Below, piece by piece: positions 39,301-54,300 of a DNA stretch of 64,000 nt; position 1 is the first letter of the stretch, and each line of letters starts with the position of its first letter. This DNA is from Trichoplax adhaerens. Its lineage: Eukaryota; Animalia; Placozoa. Under the pieces are notes generated by a model. It worked only from the letters and a program-made list of their open reading frames with translations. It was not told the origin of the DNA and made no database searches. The position numbers were made by a program, and so were the translations under genes. The stretch lies in the NCBI RefSeq assembly GCF_000150275.1, contig NW_002060945.1:1492199-1556198 (forward strand), read 5' to 3'.

Positions 39301-42300
39301 AATTACTCTATTCTTTAAAACTTCATCGTTTATTAAATCCTAGGTAATTAGGAATTGCAAATATTTTTACTAATTAATTAATTGATGATTGCAGGAGTAG
39401 TAAATATATAGCTAATATAGTTAGCACAACCTCAATGCAAATTCAATAGCAATACTAAAGAATAAAATTATTTTTCCAAGATGTAACTTGCGTATTAAAA
39501 TAAAATTACAAAAATATGCAATAAGCATTCATATTTCTATTTTATATTCAAAGTATAGAATGGAAGTGGTAATGTATCTGCGATCACGAAGTAAAGCAAT
39601 ACGGTTGGTAATAATTCTGAATATCACATCATGGATTAATATTACAGTATCACTCAAGGTATCATTAGGACACAATTTGGTAATTCGGATCCAATTTATT
39701 ATAATTACATCAATTACTAGGTAGCTTACACCGTAAAAGTCAGGTCAATCTATGCCATACTTTTAGGAATTGCTAAGGATTAAATTCAATACAAAATATT
39801 AACCTGAGGTTGATTAGAAAGCCAACTCTTAAAAATTTTTAGCACTCTCAGCATGCCATCACGAAATGACGGAGCACGACCTATATAAATCATGAAAGTA
39901 AAATGATTAATTAGTAACCTTAAGATCATTATTTATGAGACTGTTTACAAATTTAAACACATGTAGGCCGTAAATATGACCAGGTAAACTAATTTTTCTA
40001 ATGCAAAGAAGAAAGCGATCTATGTATATTATGATAGAAATTAGTTAGCTGCCATTATAAACAAATACTTGTATTGCATAAATTGCGGGGATGCGGCTGT
40101 GTAATTATAACTACTGTCAATTGCATTGTGCAAAGCGATACTACCTTAGAAAATAAAATTACTAGGTTTAAATATAAGCTAAATATCTTACAGGCCCAAT
40201 ATTCTGCTTTAAAACAAATTTTAGCCTAGTATCATAGCAAGAAATAATGATTTCTTAGACATTTAGCAGGTCGATATGGATTACCTCGGGATATTTTCTG
40301 CTTGGGTGGAGCACTATCTTTTTCCTTCCGAGCTGGAACTGGCGAGGTAGCTACAGCGAAAGCTGCAACAGCTGGTGGTACACTACTACGCCGTAATGAA
40401 TCACGTGAAGATGTTACCACAACACCAGCAGAAGTTCTAGTTGCTTGCTCCGTTACCTCTAAGTGAGATGAAGAAGGCGAAGGCGAAGGGCATTTGGAAG
40501 CTGAAATAAATTATATTACAAGAATCATCCATTGCCTCAATAACAACATGGTAAATTATAGGATATTCGCTTCTCTTTCATGTTTTAGCCTTAGTTAGTA
40601 ACTGTACTTATATTTATGAATTATTGAAATCTGATAAATTGGATTGTAAAGATCACTTATTTTACAAATGTTATTAAATTTTATGGCGTGATATCACAGA
40701 TTAATCCGTTCTAACTTAAATGGTAAAATTCGTATGGGCTATTTGCTACAATACTTGAAATATCATTAAGAAAATGAAAATTGTAACATACGATCTGATT
40801 CTTGGACATCTTTCATTTGGGGATTTGCAACATGGGCAACATTTTGAGCGGTTACATTGGGCAAACTTGCTCTTCGAGATATATCTAACTGTAAATTAGT
40901 TACTTTTAAGCTAGATAGGGCAGACTTGGATTTAGTGCTCGGACTGTTTGGATGGCTCTTGATTTTATGGTTAGAATCCCTTGATCTTGTATCATTAACA
41001 ATTGACTTCTTGTCATCTGGGGGCGATGTAGTCTTTTCAGACTTGTCGTTACTCTATAATTCAGGAATTTATTTATTATTTATATATTATTCATACAGCA
41101 AATTATCCAAAATGGCAAAAACTATATTATTCATTCGCTCAGTTCATTGCATTTATCATTCATAACTTTGATTCCTTTATAGCCGAAAAATAATTCCGTC
41201 AGATATTATTTCTCTATACTCGCGTTATTTACTACCGATCTTTTCTATGATTAAATTACCTAAAATGATTATACCTTATTATATCACCAATGATTATGGT
41301 AGTTACTATAAGTTAAATTATTTCTGACTTTTTCTTAATTTTATAATTGAAAATTTATCTGTTAAATATCAATTGTCAGCGTGATATTATAGCAATTTCT
41401 TCGTGCAATTTGGCTTCATGATTGAACTATTTTGCTCTATTACAACTTATAACCCTAATTATACCGACTGCTACAGGTTAAACTTTCTAGGTTTATCAAC
41501 TTATAATTGAAAATTTATCATATCTGATATAATCTATTTCTATACCCTTCGCTAACTATTCTTTTCATTTATTTTACTGTATTGGTTAGATGGACTAATA
41601 CTACTAACATTGACGACGATATCGATAGAGGTAAGGTAAACTTACTTGTTTAGACCATGGTCTCCATCCAAAACCTGACGACGATGAAGATGAGGATGGA
41701 GTCGTCGGGCTATCTTTACTAGATGTTGACTTATTGGAGAAATTTAAACTTTTAGAAGATTTCATAACACTTGAAAGACTAGTGTTATTCTTATTCGATC
41801 CTTGTTTCATAGCTGACTCTAATTTATCATTATAAATGGAGAGTCGTAGATTATTAGGTCGAGAAAGAGGAGAAGACGAGGCAGATGTTAATGAATTAAC
41901 CGAAGATGTTGGTGTGGATGTGGTTGTGGTTACCATCCCTAAAACAGAAGCTAATGGCGGCGTATTGGTAAGATATTCGTTAACATTGCCCATCAAATCT
42001 GGCTGATGGCGACGAGGTGATTTACGCTGTTTGGAGGGTTTAACCGTTGTTGGTATTGGATTGGTTAGTAAACGTGGCCGAAATGCTTTATCGTCCGAAT
42101 AACCTTGAGCATAAAAGATATGATCAGAGCTATGGCGGCGACCTGCTGTATCATTTCGAACGTAATGCAAAGTTGGAAGAGCAATTTCATCTGGCGATGT
42201 TGGCGGCGATTCACTAGAAAAAGAGACCTGGCCGTAGAAACTAGCTGAATTATCCGAGATATATTCAAAGTTATGCTTGTCAATTCCATTGCTATTTCCT

Positions 42301-45300
42301 TTCCAACTGTTATAAAATTGTAATAGTTCATCGATAACATGCTCACTGGTTGTAAAAACATGATGAGTAAGCAGAAATACATTAAGATAGTCTACGCTTA
42401 AAAATCGCAAATCCAATAAACGCTGGATTAGCTTTGTAGTGCTTGCATGGCGAATCTATAAATAAATGCAGCAAAATACTTATTTAAACAGGAATCATTT
42501 CTTCAATTCGTGCAAATAGTAATCGAAAGCGGAAGAATAATAACGAATATAAATCAAGCTGGAAGCAACTTTTCCACCAACAAAGTAAAATATTGATTAA
42601 GAATGGTGTGATTTGATCAATTTTATACTAATAATTTGCTAAGAGACACTACAGTAATGATTAATAATGATTAAGAAGAAAAATTTTTTCTAGCAATGCA
42701 GTGGGGTACGAATTTAAATTGGATTTTATGAATTTTGCGCAATTAATATTTAGCTAAAAGATGCTAATAATTAAGAATTATTAAGATAGAGATGGCTTCT
42801 ATCGGTGAAGTGAATTACTATTTAAATTGGTGTAACTTGGACGAATTTTGCTCCAACATAAATAATTTATAATAATCCAGATGGAAATAATCTTCTGTAT
42901 ACGTCTATAAAACCCATGAAAATCTCTATCTAGCAACTTTACCTGCGGCACTTTATAAGAATTTAATACTTTACTGAATCGAATATCAGAATTATCTTCA
43001 AATAAGTCGGGATCAGAGCTGAAAAGTTCAAGACAGATAGTAACATTAGAAAGAATCATTAGTTCATTATTTTCGTTCAAGATGCAATCAAGGAAGATAG
43101 ATTAAAGATTTAAAGCTTACTTGAGTGAAAAACGAGGGGTAGAATCTTCTGCAGAGTATTGATTTGATGATAAATTTTCAATACACTATAAGTAGAAAGA
43201 TTTAAAAGTCATTTACGGCTATAGATTTCTACGTAAATAGTCAGAAATAAAATTGGGCCTGCAATGAGTTCAAGCCAATCCATAGATTGGCATTCGCTAA
43301 CCTGGCCAATATCGGTTGTCCATGCTGCTTTCTCTCTTTCCGTGGCTGCAGCAAATACAACTGAATATGGCGTTGAATTGCTAGGATTAATCGTCAGTTT
43401 AAATTGTAAACTGGTATCATTTTCTGAAATAATATATCCAATTGCACTGGCATTAAATCATAGTAGAAACGTCAATGAAGAGGTCATACAATCAAATATT
43501 CTCAGGATTTTCCGTTATACCTTACTTGGCATTTAAGATTAGAAGTACAATTTGCTTCTATTGAATACATAGAGTATCTTACCGTCATCATCGAGTTCTT
43601 CTTCAAGTATTGCTTCGGACAATTGAATTTTACCACATTCCTATGATGGAATTATACGTGCAATTCAAAGCTTGAGATATTTAATAGATTTATATTTAAA
43701 AATGAGAACTTGATGACAGGATTACAGTTTATAATTGGACATTTAACTGTACCCATAAATTTATGCCTGAAGTGATAGTATTTAGATAGAATTACAGTTT
43801 TTAAATTTGACTTGTACAGAAAATTAATTTTTGAATTCAATATAATATTAACCAAGCAAAGTTAAATAATTAATTCTAGTGGTAGAACTGCAATTTAAGG
43901 TTTTACATCATATAATTCACCGTTGCAGTCTACATCTTGAATAACTCATCATAAAGACTGCTGAGATTGTAAGTTGCTTTTATTGAGTATATCGGAATAA
44001 CAATTATAAGCTAACAGCTCTATTAAATTCTTTCTCTTACTTTAACAATATGGAGACGGCCACTTTGTAAATGCGAGGTAATAATTAAATGTTTGGTAAA
44101 TAGGAAGCATAATCGAATGGATGGGTTATTTTTATCGCCAAATTTAGTCTTTGCTGCTAATTTCTTTTTTAAAGTCGAGACATCTTTGGTTTTTTCCAGC
44201 GATACTTGAATGAGAGGACCTGATCATCCATAAAATAAAGGGAAATGAAGATTTAGTTTCACTGTAACGTAGAGATAAAATGGTTCGCTTAACTTTAATG
44301 ACGTAGTTATAAAAGTAAGATTGATTATGCGCGTTTATTTGCAAACTGGAAAAGTTCCATAGGCATACTATGCAAAGGAATTGAATGCATTTTTAAACCA
44401 AAAGAAAGGTAGGATGGGCTATAGATGAACAGTAAAGACTCATATAACAAGAAATTGGGAAGATAATGCAGTCGTAAAAATGACCGACTCCGCTTTGATA
44501 GTTCTAAAAGTTTGACTAACTATATCGACTACAAAATTAAACTGTCTTTGGAGCTAATATCTAAATTCATCAAATATAATTTAAATAAAAAGAAACGATA
44601 GCAGAGAATGACAGGAAATGACCAGCTTGATTTTGATAGTTGTAATACTAAAATCGAATAAGGTAATTTAATTACAGAATTAAAGTTTGCAAAGCATAAT
44701 ACTATTAATATTTAATATTTAAAGTAAATAATGGTAGTCCAGAAAAGGAGAAAAGAAAGATCGATTCATGCAAAGAATAAAACAAACAGATGATGATCAA
44801 ATAATGCTGCCTTAATGCTGATAGAGGTTAAACCGAGATTGAATAGAATCATTAATTAAAAAATGAAATACCATAAAAGGTAATGACACCTTTCATGTTG
44901 AATATTTAACTTCGACCTTACCTTGACGAAGTAAGCATTGTTCTACATCCAATAAAATATCGCATCCTTCCACAATTCTTCTTTCGATGGAGAGATTCTT
45001 TCGGATACTCTCAGTTTCGCTGACCTCATCTTGCATTACCTTTAGGAAGTTTATAGACGACAAATGAGATGATTAGCACGTCAGAATTATTTTATATGGA
45101 TCAGATATTCTTATAACATTAATCGTATATCTTATCTCAACACATTTGTTTATTTGTCAGCAAATTAAGCCTTTTATCAATTTCTTCCATATTTTAAACC
45201 AGCAGTGACTACTTACCCTAGCAATTTCATTGAGTACACCCTGAGCATTTTCTAATGATTTCCTATCAACATGGCCAGGAGGTGTGAAAGCCAATAGCTT

Positions 45301-48300
45301 GTGCAATGTGACAATTATATTGGGCACCTAATAAGATTATAGTTCAATTGAGTATAAATAAATAAGATGAAGTGCATAAAAGCTTTCTTCAAAATAGTAA
45401 AATATGAATTTACCTCATGCATAGGGTAGGTTAAGTAATTTTCTAATTTAGCTCCCAAGCAGGCTGGCTTTTGCTCTAACTGGCACAATAATTTATTGAA
45501 AGTTGGCCTAATTTTACATTCAGCTAAGACCTACGTTTTAAAATCATTATAGATGAGACATCATGTTCAAATCATGCTTATAATAGCACCGTAATTCTAC
45601 CATTGTTATTACTTACTTGCAAACTATAATGATGATTGCGGACATATTCTTGATAAATGGCTAATGTGGGCAGAAAAACATCCAACAAATTGCCTAGGTA
45701 GATTACAAAAGTATCATTTATTATGCATTGGTATTGTTAATGTAGTAGTATTTTAGCACTACAGGATATATTTTCTGTATACATATTTCTAACTAAAATT
45801 AATTTGTACTAGGCTAGCAGACGTTATAGAATTACCAATTTGTAAGGTAGGCCAGTTTTCTATTCTGGAGTGAAGAATTTTCAAGATAATTTGATGAAGA
45901 AATAAAATGGTTTCGCTAATAAAATACAAGTTGATTAGTTTGATACCTTTTGAATTCGGATATGACATATATAAATGCAATTACAAATCAATTTCAAAAA
46001 TCCAAACTTGAATTTATTTAGCAGAAATTTAGTTTAGAAGGTATAAATTAGGACATAAATTATGTAACACAATTACGAGGTCAATTTTATTACTCTAAAC
46101 TGGAATATATATTCAATAGAAATTTAGTGCATAAGAGTAGAAGGCACAGATAAGAATATTGAAATTATAACGCAGTTTAAAATAACTTTTAATGCTGTAA
46201 ACTTGAATATAGTTGTCGTAGTGAAATTTTAGTATATGCGATTAGAAGATGTATGCGTAAATTAAGATATTAAGGATGGAAAGCAATTGCAAACTCAATA
46301 TCAGTACACGAACTTGAATATATTTAGCATAAATTTATTCTATATAATTAAATACGTGAAAGAGGATATTAATGGTGTACAGTAATTATAAAATCGATTT
46401 CAATACTCTGTACTTTGATATACAGTATTTATCAGAAACTTAGTATCTACGTGTAGAAACCGCTGATTCAAAAACTGACAAATTCATTCTTACCAATTTA
46501 GAAAGATTGAATTAACTTCATCATGAGTAACCGAAGGCTTTTTAGAACTTGCCGCCATCTTTAAAGGTCTCAAATAGCAAGATACAAGAATGGACATTTG
46601 TTGTACATAATTTCGTTCTGATTCGTACAATTGAAAGAAAATGCCATTCCGTTTCTTCAAAATATCACTATGTTCTGAACTGACATAATTCTGGACGATC
46701 GCTTTCCATTTCCTGCGGCATAGCCAGCCACGAATAAAACTTTGAATCTAATAAGGTATTGAATAGTTATGTTGAACTTATTATTAGAGCTACAAGAAAT
46801 TATATATCAGTATCAATTGCAAGTAAGAGATACAGGTAGTTTATAAAACCGTCATTTAGGTTTCATTTTATGAAAGCTATGAATATAATTTACAGTTACT
46901 ATCAGAGCCATATTATATTATAAATTGATATTAAGTCCAGGAGATACATGCACGTTATAAAACTGTTATTTTAGTTTCATTTTATGAAAATTTTCAATCT
47001 AATAGGTAGTGAATAGCTCTATAGAGTTGTTATCAAATCAATATGAAATTATAAGCCGCATTAGATCTAGGATGTACAGTAGTTATAAAATTTTGTTTAA
47101 ATATCCTATGCTATTTGAATGTAATCAAGTTATCACCACAGCAAGCCAATCTAATAAAGTTACCTTTTTGATCTTTTGCAGTTCTTCTGGTTCATTTTGA
47201 GTGCTTAATTTCAACTCACATCGTAAGCAGTGCATCTGAAAACAAGGTAATCTTAGCTTATTTAACAGGATGAACGAGTCTCAAGAATGTAACATTACCT
47301 CTCCCTTTAAATTTCGAATTTCCATTTCTTGATTCTGACATAGCTGGCGAAGCTGTTTTTTCTCAATCTCTTCATTTTCCATAATTTTCGTTAAATGATC
47401 ATATTTTCTATCGATTTGGTTACGGGCAGTTCGAATATCTTCATAACTGTAGACATTAGAGCAAGCTGTTAGGGTTCCTTTAATCAAAATGTTTATGTAA
47501 TCCATGTAATCCTTTCGACTGTATCAGACTGATTAATGAACAAGTATGACATTAATGATTATCGGGCGAACGACTTCAAATGGCCATAAATTATCCTATA
47601 ATTTTGGTCTCTAAATGATAACAATATCTTACCGGCAACCACGGATATTGTCGACCCAAGCTCTTAAATCATCGTCAGTGTCAGCAGCAAAGGTAAATTG
47701 TTTCTGGCCATGGCCAGATAGCTCAATTGTGAAGATATGCTAGAAAGGAAAAGATAAAGTATAACAGTCAGAAATTGCGTCGTTTCTTTGCCTGGTAGAT
47801 GGAACAAATAATTAGACCTTTTGATAGATTTTAAAGTAAATGATTAATACAATAAGAAGGTAAAGTTTAAAGTAAACGATTAACACAGTAAGGTGAAATA
47901 TTAATAGTCATGAATTCATAAATATGTTACAAATTTCAGTAATTTCTTATGGTTAATCTCGGCCATAAAAGATCAAGGCAATAAACAATATTGGTGATAT
48001 TGGCTGACAGTAAGCATCTCTTATCCTTATAGTTAAATTTTATCAAAGGTAAGAAGAAACTAATGCTACGATATTAATGTTATTTTTAGTGAGCAGTTAA
48101 CAACTCTTATTTTCACTGATGAATATTATTGGAAACAACAAGCAACCATGCTATCATCAATTTTATAATAGTACTAAAATAAATAATTTATAGAAAGGCG
48201 AATATCATCTCCGACATGGCAAATTAATTATTTTGTTGTTATGATTGTCTATACTAGCGAAATGGACAATAAATGATAGACCTTAAAAGATTCAATCAAT

Positions 48301-51300
48301 CTGGAAATGAAAATTGATGATAGCCGTAATCATGAATCATTAATAGCACATTTCATATCTGATACAAATAGAAAAGCAACAAAAAAGTTGAATACTAGTT
48401 TTACCCAGCTTACCAAGAAATACAATTGAAATAGTGCAGTGGATTATAGAATTAGGCAAGCAAAGCAATTAGTCTTGGTTGTTGTATAGTAACAGTAAAT
48501 CAATATTCAAAACTTTGTGATCATAGTCAGACTCCTCAACAAAATATTAAAATTTCATTGCAAAATCTAGCCTATGTCTACATCGATCTAGACCTCTAAA
48601 AAATAATGTCTAGCTGAAAACGAAACCCTCCCACGTAATCTACGCAAGTTTGCCAGACAAGAAATATTTCTTGTAAAGTTAGAATCTATGAGGAAGAAAA
48701 TGGAATTGGATTGAAATCTTTCCGCTGATCTAAATCCAATTGTACCATCGAAATTGAAATTATAATCTTGGTGTTTGACTCGTTATTCAATCTCGGATAT
48801 TTCTATCGATTTAAATTTAGATCGAAATTTTGACTAGTTCATTTAAAACTATATCCATCTAAAAATGGAAGCATAATCTTCCTGTTTGGCTATTAACTTT
48901 AATTTCTGCTATTTGTTGAAATATTGATCAGTAGGAAAGGAAATGGAAAATTGATTAAAAAAATTCTGATTAGTCCATCTACGGTAGGTTCTAAACCAAT
49001 ACCAGAATTATGTCTAGACAAATTGGAATCGTAATCCTTTTGACTAATTAGTTATCCTATCTGCACATTTTCCAGATATAATCATACACAAGATAGGAAA
49101 TAAAGAATGGCATGACCGAATAGCGCTATTCTATCTCAATATCACTTAATCTCTGTCAATTATCCTTACTCCTTTTCAAATTCATATTTCAAGTATGGTT
49201 TCGTCACAAGATTTGATATAGAGTACTGGGTCACAAGGATTATGATTACCGATTTACTGAAATGAGAGATACATCTGCCAGATCTAGCATTTAAAGTGGC
49301 TTAATCAAGGTAATTAGGTTGGAGGCACTAAAACGATGAGATCTAATGAGATTAGGCTAGTGGGAGCAAAGGTGACAGATGCTAGCTGTAAATTATTAAT
49401 CCAATGGAAATTATTCTCAATTAGTATTCTTATACGTTATAGCCTTCCAAAATAGCATCTAGTTCAAAGTTTGGGTTAATAGCATCATCAACATGCTATT
49501 AAATACGTACGCATATATCAAGTGCTTGAAGGAAATGTTGTCTATCATCTAGATTTTAGAATATAATATACGGGAGATACAATCACTAGGGACTATAAAA
49601 ATAATTTAAAGATGATCTATATGACTACAATATCATCATGGAATCAAGTGCTTGAAGGAAGATCTTCCTTCATCTTGATTATCATGACAAGCATAGCTAT
49701 CTATAAAGTAATCATGGCATCAAAATATACGTATATGGATTTATAGCGGCAAAAGAATATGATGTAAATACTTGTGCGGCTATGCATATACTTAATCGGC
49801 CATTTTCAATACTTATGCGTATCATCATTCTGAAATAAAATTGTTACCAACCAATCGTGAAAATAAACCAAAGTTATCTACTGGCACTGTACGCGTAGAT
49901 AGATACTACTGTAATAGTGATCATGAAATCAAGGGCGTGAAGGAAACTTTTCCTTCATCTTGATTATGCCATAAAACCCTAGCTAACTATGAGAAATAAC
50001 TAGAATGATCTAGTGGTGTTATATTACTAGGTATATAATCTTGATCATGAAATCAAGGGCTTGAAGGAAAAGTTTCCTTCATCTTGATTATGCCACAAAA
50101 TCCTAACTAATTATGAGAAATAACTAGGATTATCTCGTGATGATATATTAGTAATATTACTATGCATATAATCTTGATCACGAGATCAAGAGCTTGAAGG
50201 AAAATTTCCCTTTATCTTGATTATGTCGTAAAATCCTTACTGACTATGAGAAATAACCAGAATTATCTACTGGTGTTAAAGCTTGAAATCATTACTAACG
50301 ATAAAAATGTAATCAGAACGAACTGCATGGATACCACTGTAATATTATTATCAAAGCTATATGAAAAAATATCCAAAACCAAGCTAGAATCAATGTGGGA
50401 TATTTCTTCCTATTCAGTTACTCCATAAATAGATGCGAGTATTGTGAGGATCAATAACTGTGCAAAATAATATGTGATACTTGGACTAGTTTCTCCTCGT
50501 CGATTATTTCTTGGCTCAAGATGGAATAAATATTCTCTTTCTTCCCAAGCCCAGCTGACATAGTAACGATAATAGCATAAAACAGAGTCGTAATCGGATC
50601 AGACAATGCTACTCTAAGGTCTGATTATGTTGTTATTCTTCTCCTTATATAAAATTTCAATCGCTTGATCAAATTTAAACTATTGCAATGGAAAGACTTG
50701 AAGGCATTGACAATTTTCCTTATTGCTTGGATTAGTGTAGGCGAATGGAATCTAGAGCTTTGTATATTGTATTGTATGTTGCAAATAAGTCGTTTATTGC
50801 TTGAACAAATCTTTTCCTTTATCATGACAAGAGTTGGCGTTAATTAAAACAGCATTGGAGATGTTGGTCATGATTGAAGGTCATGAGAAGAAAATCGGAA
50901 CAGTGGTAGTGAACAAATAGCATCATTTTAGTGATTCATGTTCAATCAAAAAATTAAATCTATGTCCCTTTGAAGTGATAAAAGTTCATACAAGAATTTA
51001 CATGTTAAACAGATGGAAAATGGAAGCTTAATTCAAACCTATTGGTTAATTAAGTTTGTTGATTAATTGCGTTTGTTGATTTAATCGTCAATTGCAGCCT
51101 ATAAAATAAGCCCAGTGATCACCTTTTTTTTAATTTTTTTCCTTGACAAATTTACAGTAGTGACTACTAATAATCTGTATTTTGATGCTTATTGCCCTAT
51201 GAGGAGATGGAAACGAATTGGATTGTGACATGCTGTAGTTGCTGTCCAATTAGGATTGTTTTGAAATTTACATTCATATTGATGAGGAATTGAATGACAT

Positions 51301-54300
51301 ATTCGTATGCTGCTAATTTTATGATTCTTATTCTTTCTAGAGTTTCTCTCCACTCATTTCCTCCATGATATTAGAACAACGATATAAGTAAACTGAGGGG
51401 AAATACAAGTAAGAATATCGAGGATAAATTGAGTTCATTTTACCATAAACTTTACATTACTGGCATGATTGAGCTCTAGAGTATAATATCTGGGACCAAT
51501 TAATTTGATTGATGTAATTGACTCTTCATTTCTGTTATGTTAGTAAATCAAGAGTGCAGAACGCAGAGTGAGTTAGATCAGTAAAAGCAATTTAAGCCGA
51601 ATTTTCAAGAACATAGCTAAATCATGATGATATTACTCTAGTTCATCTTATCCTCTCCTAATCAATAGATTGGACATTGTGGCAAGAGTAGCTCAGTTTA
51701 GCATCTATACTCTTTCCCGATTCCCTATCCATTTCTTCGACGTTAGTAAAGCAAAGGTGTTAAAATAAAGGACGATTACAATCCGTTTATGAAAAGCAAT
51801 TTTATATAACAATTTACATAGTCAGCAACTTTGACACTGTCGTAAAAATGGATTTAAGTTCACGTTGGTATTCTTTCTTGATTTAGCCCCCTATAAATTT
51901 CTTGTACCCGCCATTGGCAAAGCAACGATACCAAAATCAAGAGCAAATTAGATCAATAAAAGCAATCTACAGTATCGTTAGTATTTTATCCATCTACAAC
52001 TCCAATATTGCGGTAAAAATGACTCTATCCATCATTAAATGATCAAGCACCATTATAAAATCATCTCCTTGTCGCTAACGTTGGCGATTTTTTAATAACC
52101 ATAGGGCTATAGTTAATCACAGGCAATCAATTGCCTATTGACTCGTATTACATACAAAAAAATGACCATTAGATTAAGGGGATAATAAATAGTTTCAATA
52201 TAAGCATTAAAACAAATTAAACGAATATCAATTGGTCAAAAGCATTACAGCAACATGTATAACGATATCATGTAGACAATGTATCGATCTATTGCCATGA
52301 GAAATGATGCCAAAGGAATCGGTCCATTTATTTTAGACATGATACATTTAATTCTAATTTCTTCTGTTTTCAAATCGATCTATGCGTTAAGGTATTTTCA
52401 TACACTATATTCAAGGTTGCAGATGGGAAATTGTTTTCAATGTCTTAATTTTTAGGGGGGACAAGAAATGAATAGTTAAGAGATATTATTATACAGTTTC
52501 CTTTTTTTTCAATCGGATATCCTATCCAAAAGGGATTTCTTAAATAGGTAACAGCGAGACAATTTACAACTATCATGATTGGATGATTATTGGACAAGCT
52601 TTATCATGATTAATCTGCGCCCATAGAAACATTAAAAAGAAAGTGCTACTGAATTTCTCTTTCCAGTTTTTGTCAGTTTCTTTCTGATCTTCCTTTATGA
52701 TTATGAAATAGGAGCCAAGCTTGGAGACTCATTCCTCAGTGGTAGCAATAATATGAGCCCCTATCGCCTCTAAAAATAATACTACTACCCATCACGCTGA
52801 GAGTATCGGTCTATTCATTTCGATCAGATTCTTCATTAATCACCGGGAAAAAGGATAGAATCAAATATTGATTCTCCGTAATGACTATATAACATCTATA
52901 AACGAGAGAGAAAAAAGAAAATTCCTACAGAACCCTAACCCTTCCTAAACGTATTCATCTTTGCTTGTCTCCAATCTATTTCAATGTTACGACAGTGATC
53001 ATCAATCCGAAAAATTTCGACTTCATTAACCGTAAACTAATACAACATTCCATGGTTAGTCCACCTAGTCTATAGGGTAGTTGTCATCATCATCAAGAAA
53101 ACGTTAGGGAATTAAACGTGGATTCTCTTCAATGATAATTACGTAACAGAAGAGGAAGAAAATTCTAGCAGAGCTGAATTCTTAATCTACTGTATCTGCG
53201 CTCGTATTCAATTTGTTTTCAGGTAGGAATCAATCAGTGCTGTAGCAGCTGTCGTGTGCCAGAAAAATAGAAATGACGGCAAGTTCTATAAATAATTTTG
53301 CTCATCTAGATAGTATTCTCCATATCACTGAGAAGGTATTACACAACCGAATACTGATTCTCATCCATGATAACCACCTAAAAAAGAGAAGAAATTTCCA
53401 GTAGATCTGAATTCTTAATCTACTGTATCTCCGCTCGCATTCAATCTATTTTTCATGCAGGAATTATTGAATGCTATCTTGTGCCGGAAAAAAAATACTC
53501 TACGGTACATTCTGTAAAATGTCCGCTCATTTTTGTGCTATTCTCCATCATCACGAAAATGTTACAGAATTACCTGTTCTCCTCCATGATTGTTCTATGA
53601 AGGGGAGAAAAAGTTCTAGCACAGCTGAATTCTTAATAGATTGTATCTCGGCTCGTATTCAATTCATTTTTTTTTCACGTGGAAATCATTTAATGCTGCA
53701 GTAGCTATCCTATGCCGAAGGGGAGAAAATTGACCACAGCACATTCTGTAAGAAGTCCGCTCATCTCGATGATATTCTCCATAATCCCCAAGAAAATATT
53801 ATAGAACCAAACCTTAATTTCTCTTCAATGATAAGGACAGGTAGGGGTGAGAGAAAAGAAAATCACTGCACCACAGAATTGAGCTGTTAGTAAACTATAC
53901 CTCCGCATGTCTTCAATCTAATTTCGCCCACTCTAGTCCTCATTTAACCTGGCGATAGCCATCATTTATTTTCTCTTATCATCATTGTAATAAAATAGAC
54001 TACTGAATAAGATTACTCGATATAGAAGTTCATTTATTTTCCAAGTATAATCCAATCTATTCTTCATGTCTGTGGAAAATGGTACTCTATGGAATTCTTA
54101 TTCTCCTCCAGGATAAAATATGTAAAATGGCAAAGATTCCTACTTCACTGAACTATCCATAATCACATATTTTCCTCCATTTCCAATCTCTTGATAATAC
54201 GTCATCGTCTATTCTAGCCTAAATAGGGATGATAAAGTGGAAAAAATTTCCTACTGTATCCAAATGGACTATAAAATAATATTCGTTCATTTTCCAAGCT

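Noticed and set aside
2588-47740. U12-type introns
   Set aside because: None of the donors I inspected matched RTATCCTT. Not every intron was checked exhaustively.
49515-50225. CRISPR array or pre-miRNA cluster
   Set aside because: Inter-palindrome sequences are homologous to each other and too long for spacers, and the stems are too short for canonical pre-miRNAs.
52931-52942. AACCCTAACCCT telomeric or telomerase-template-like sequence
   Set aside because: Only two units, expected by chance, with no other telomerase RNA features recognised.
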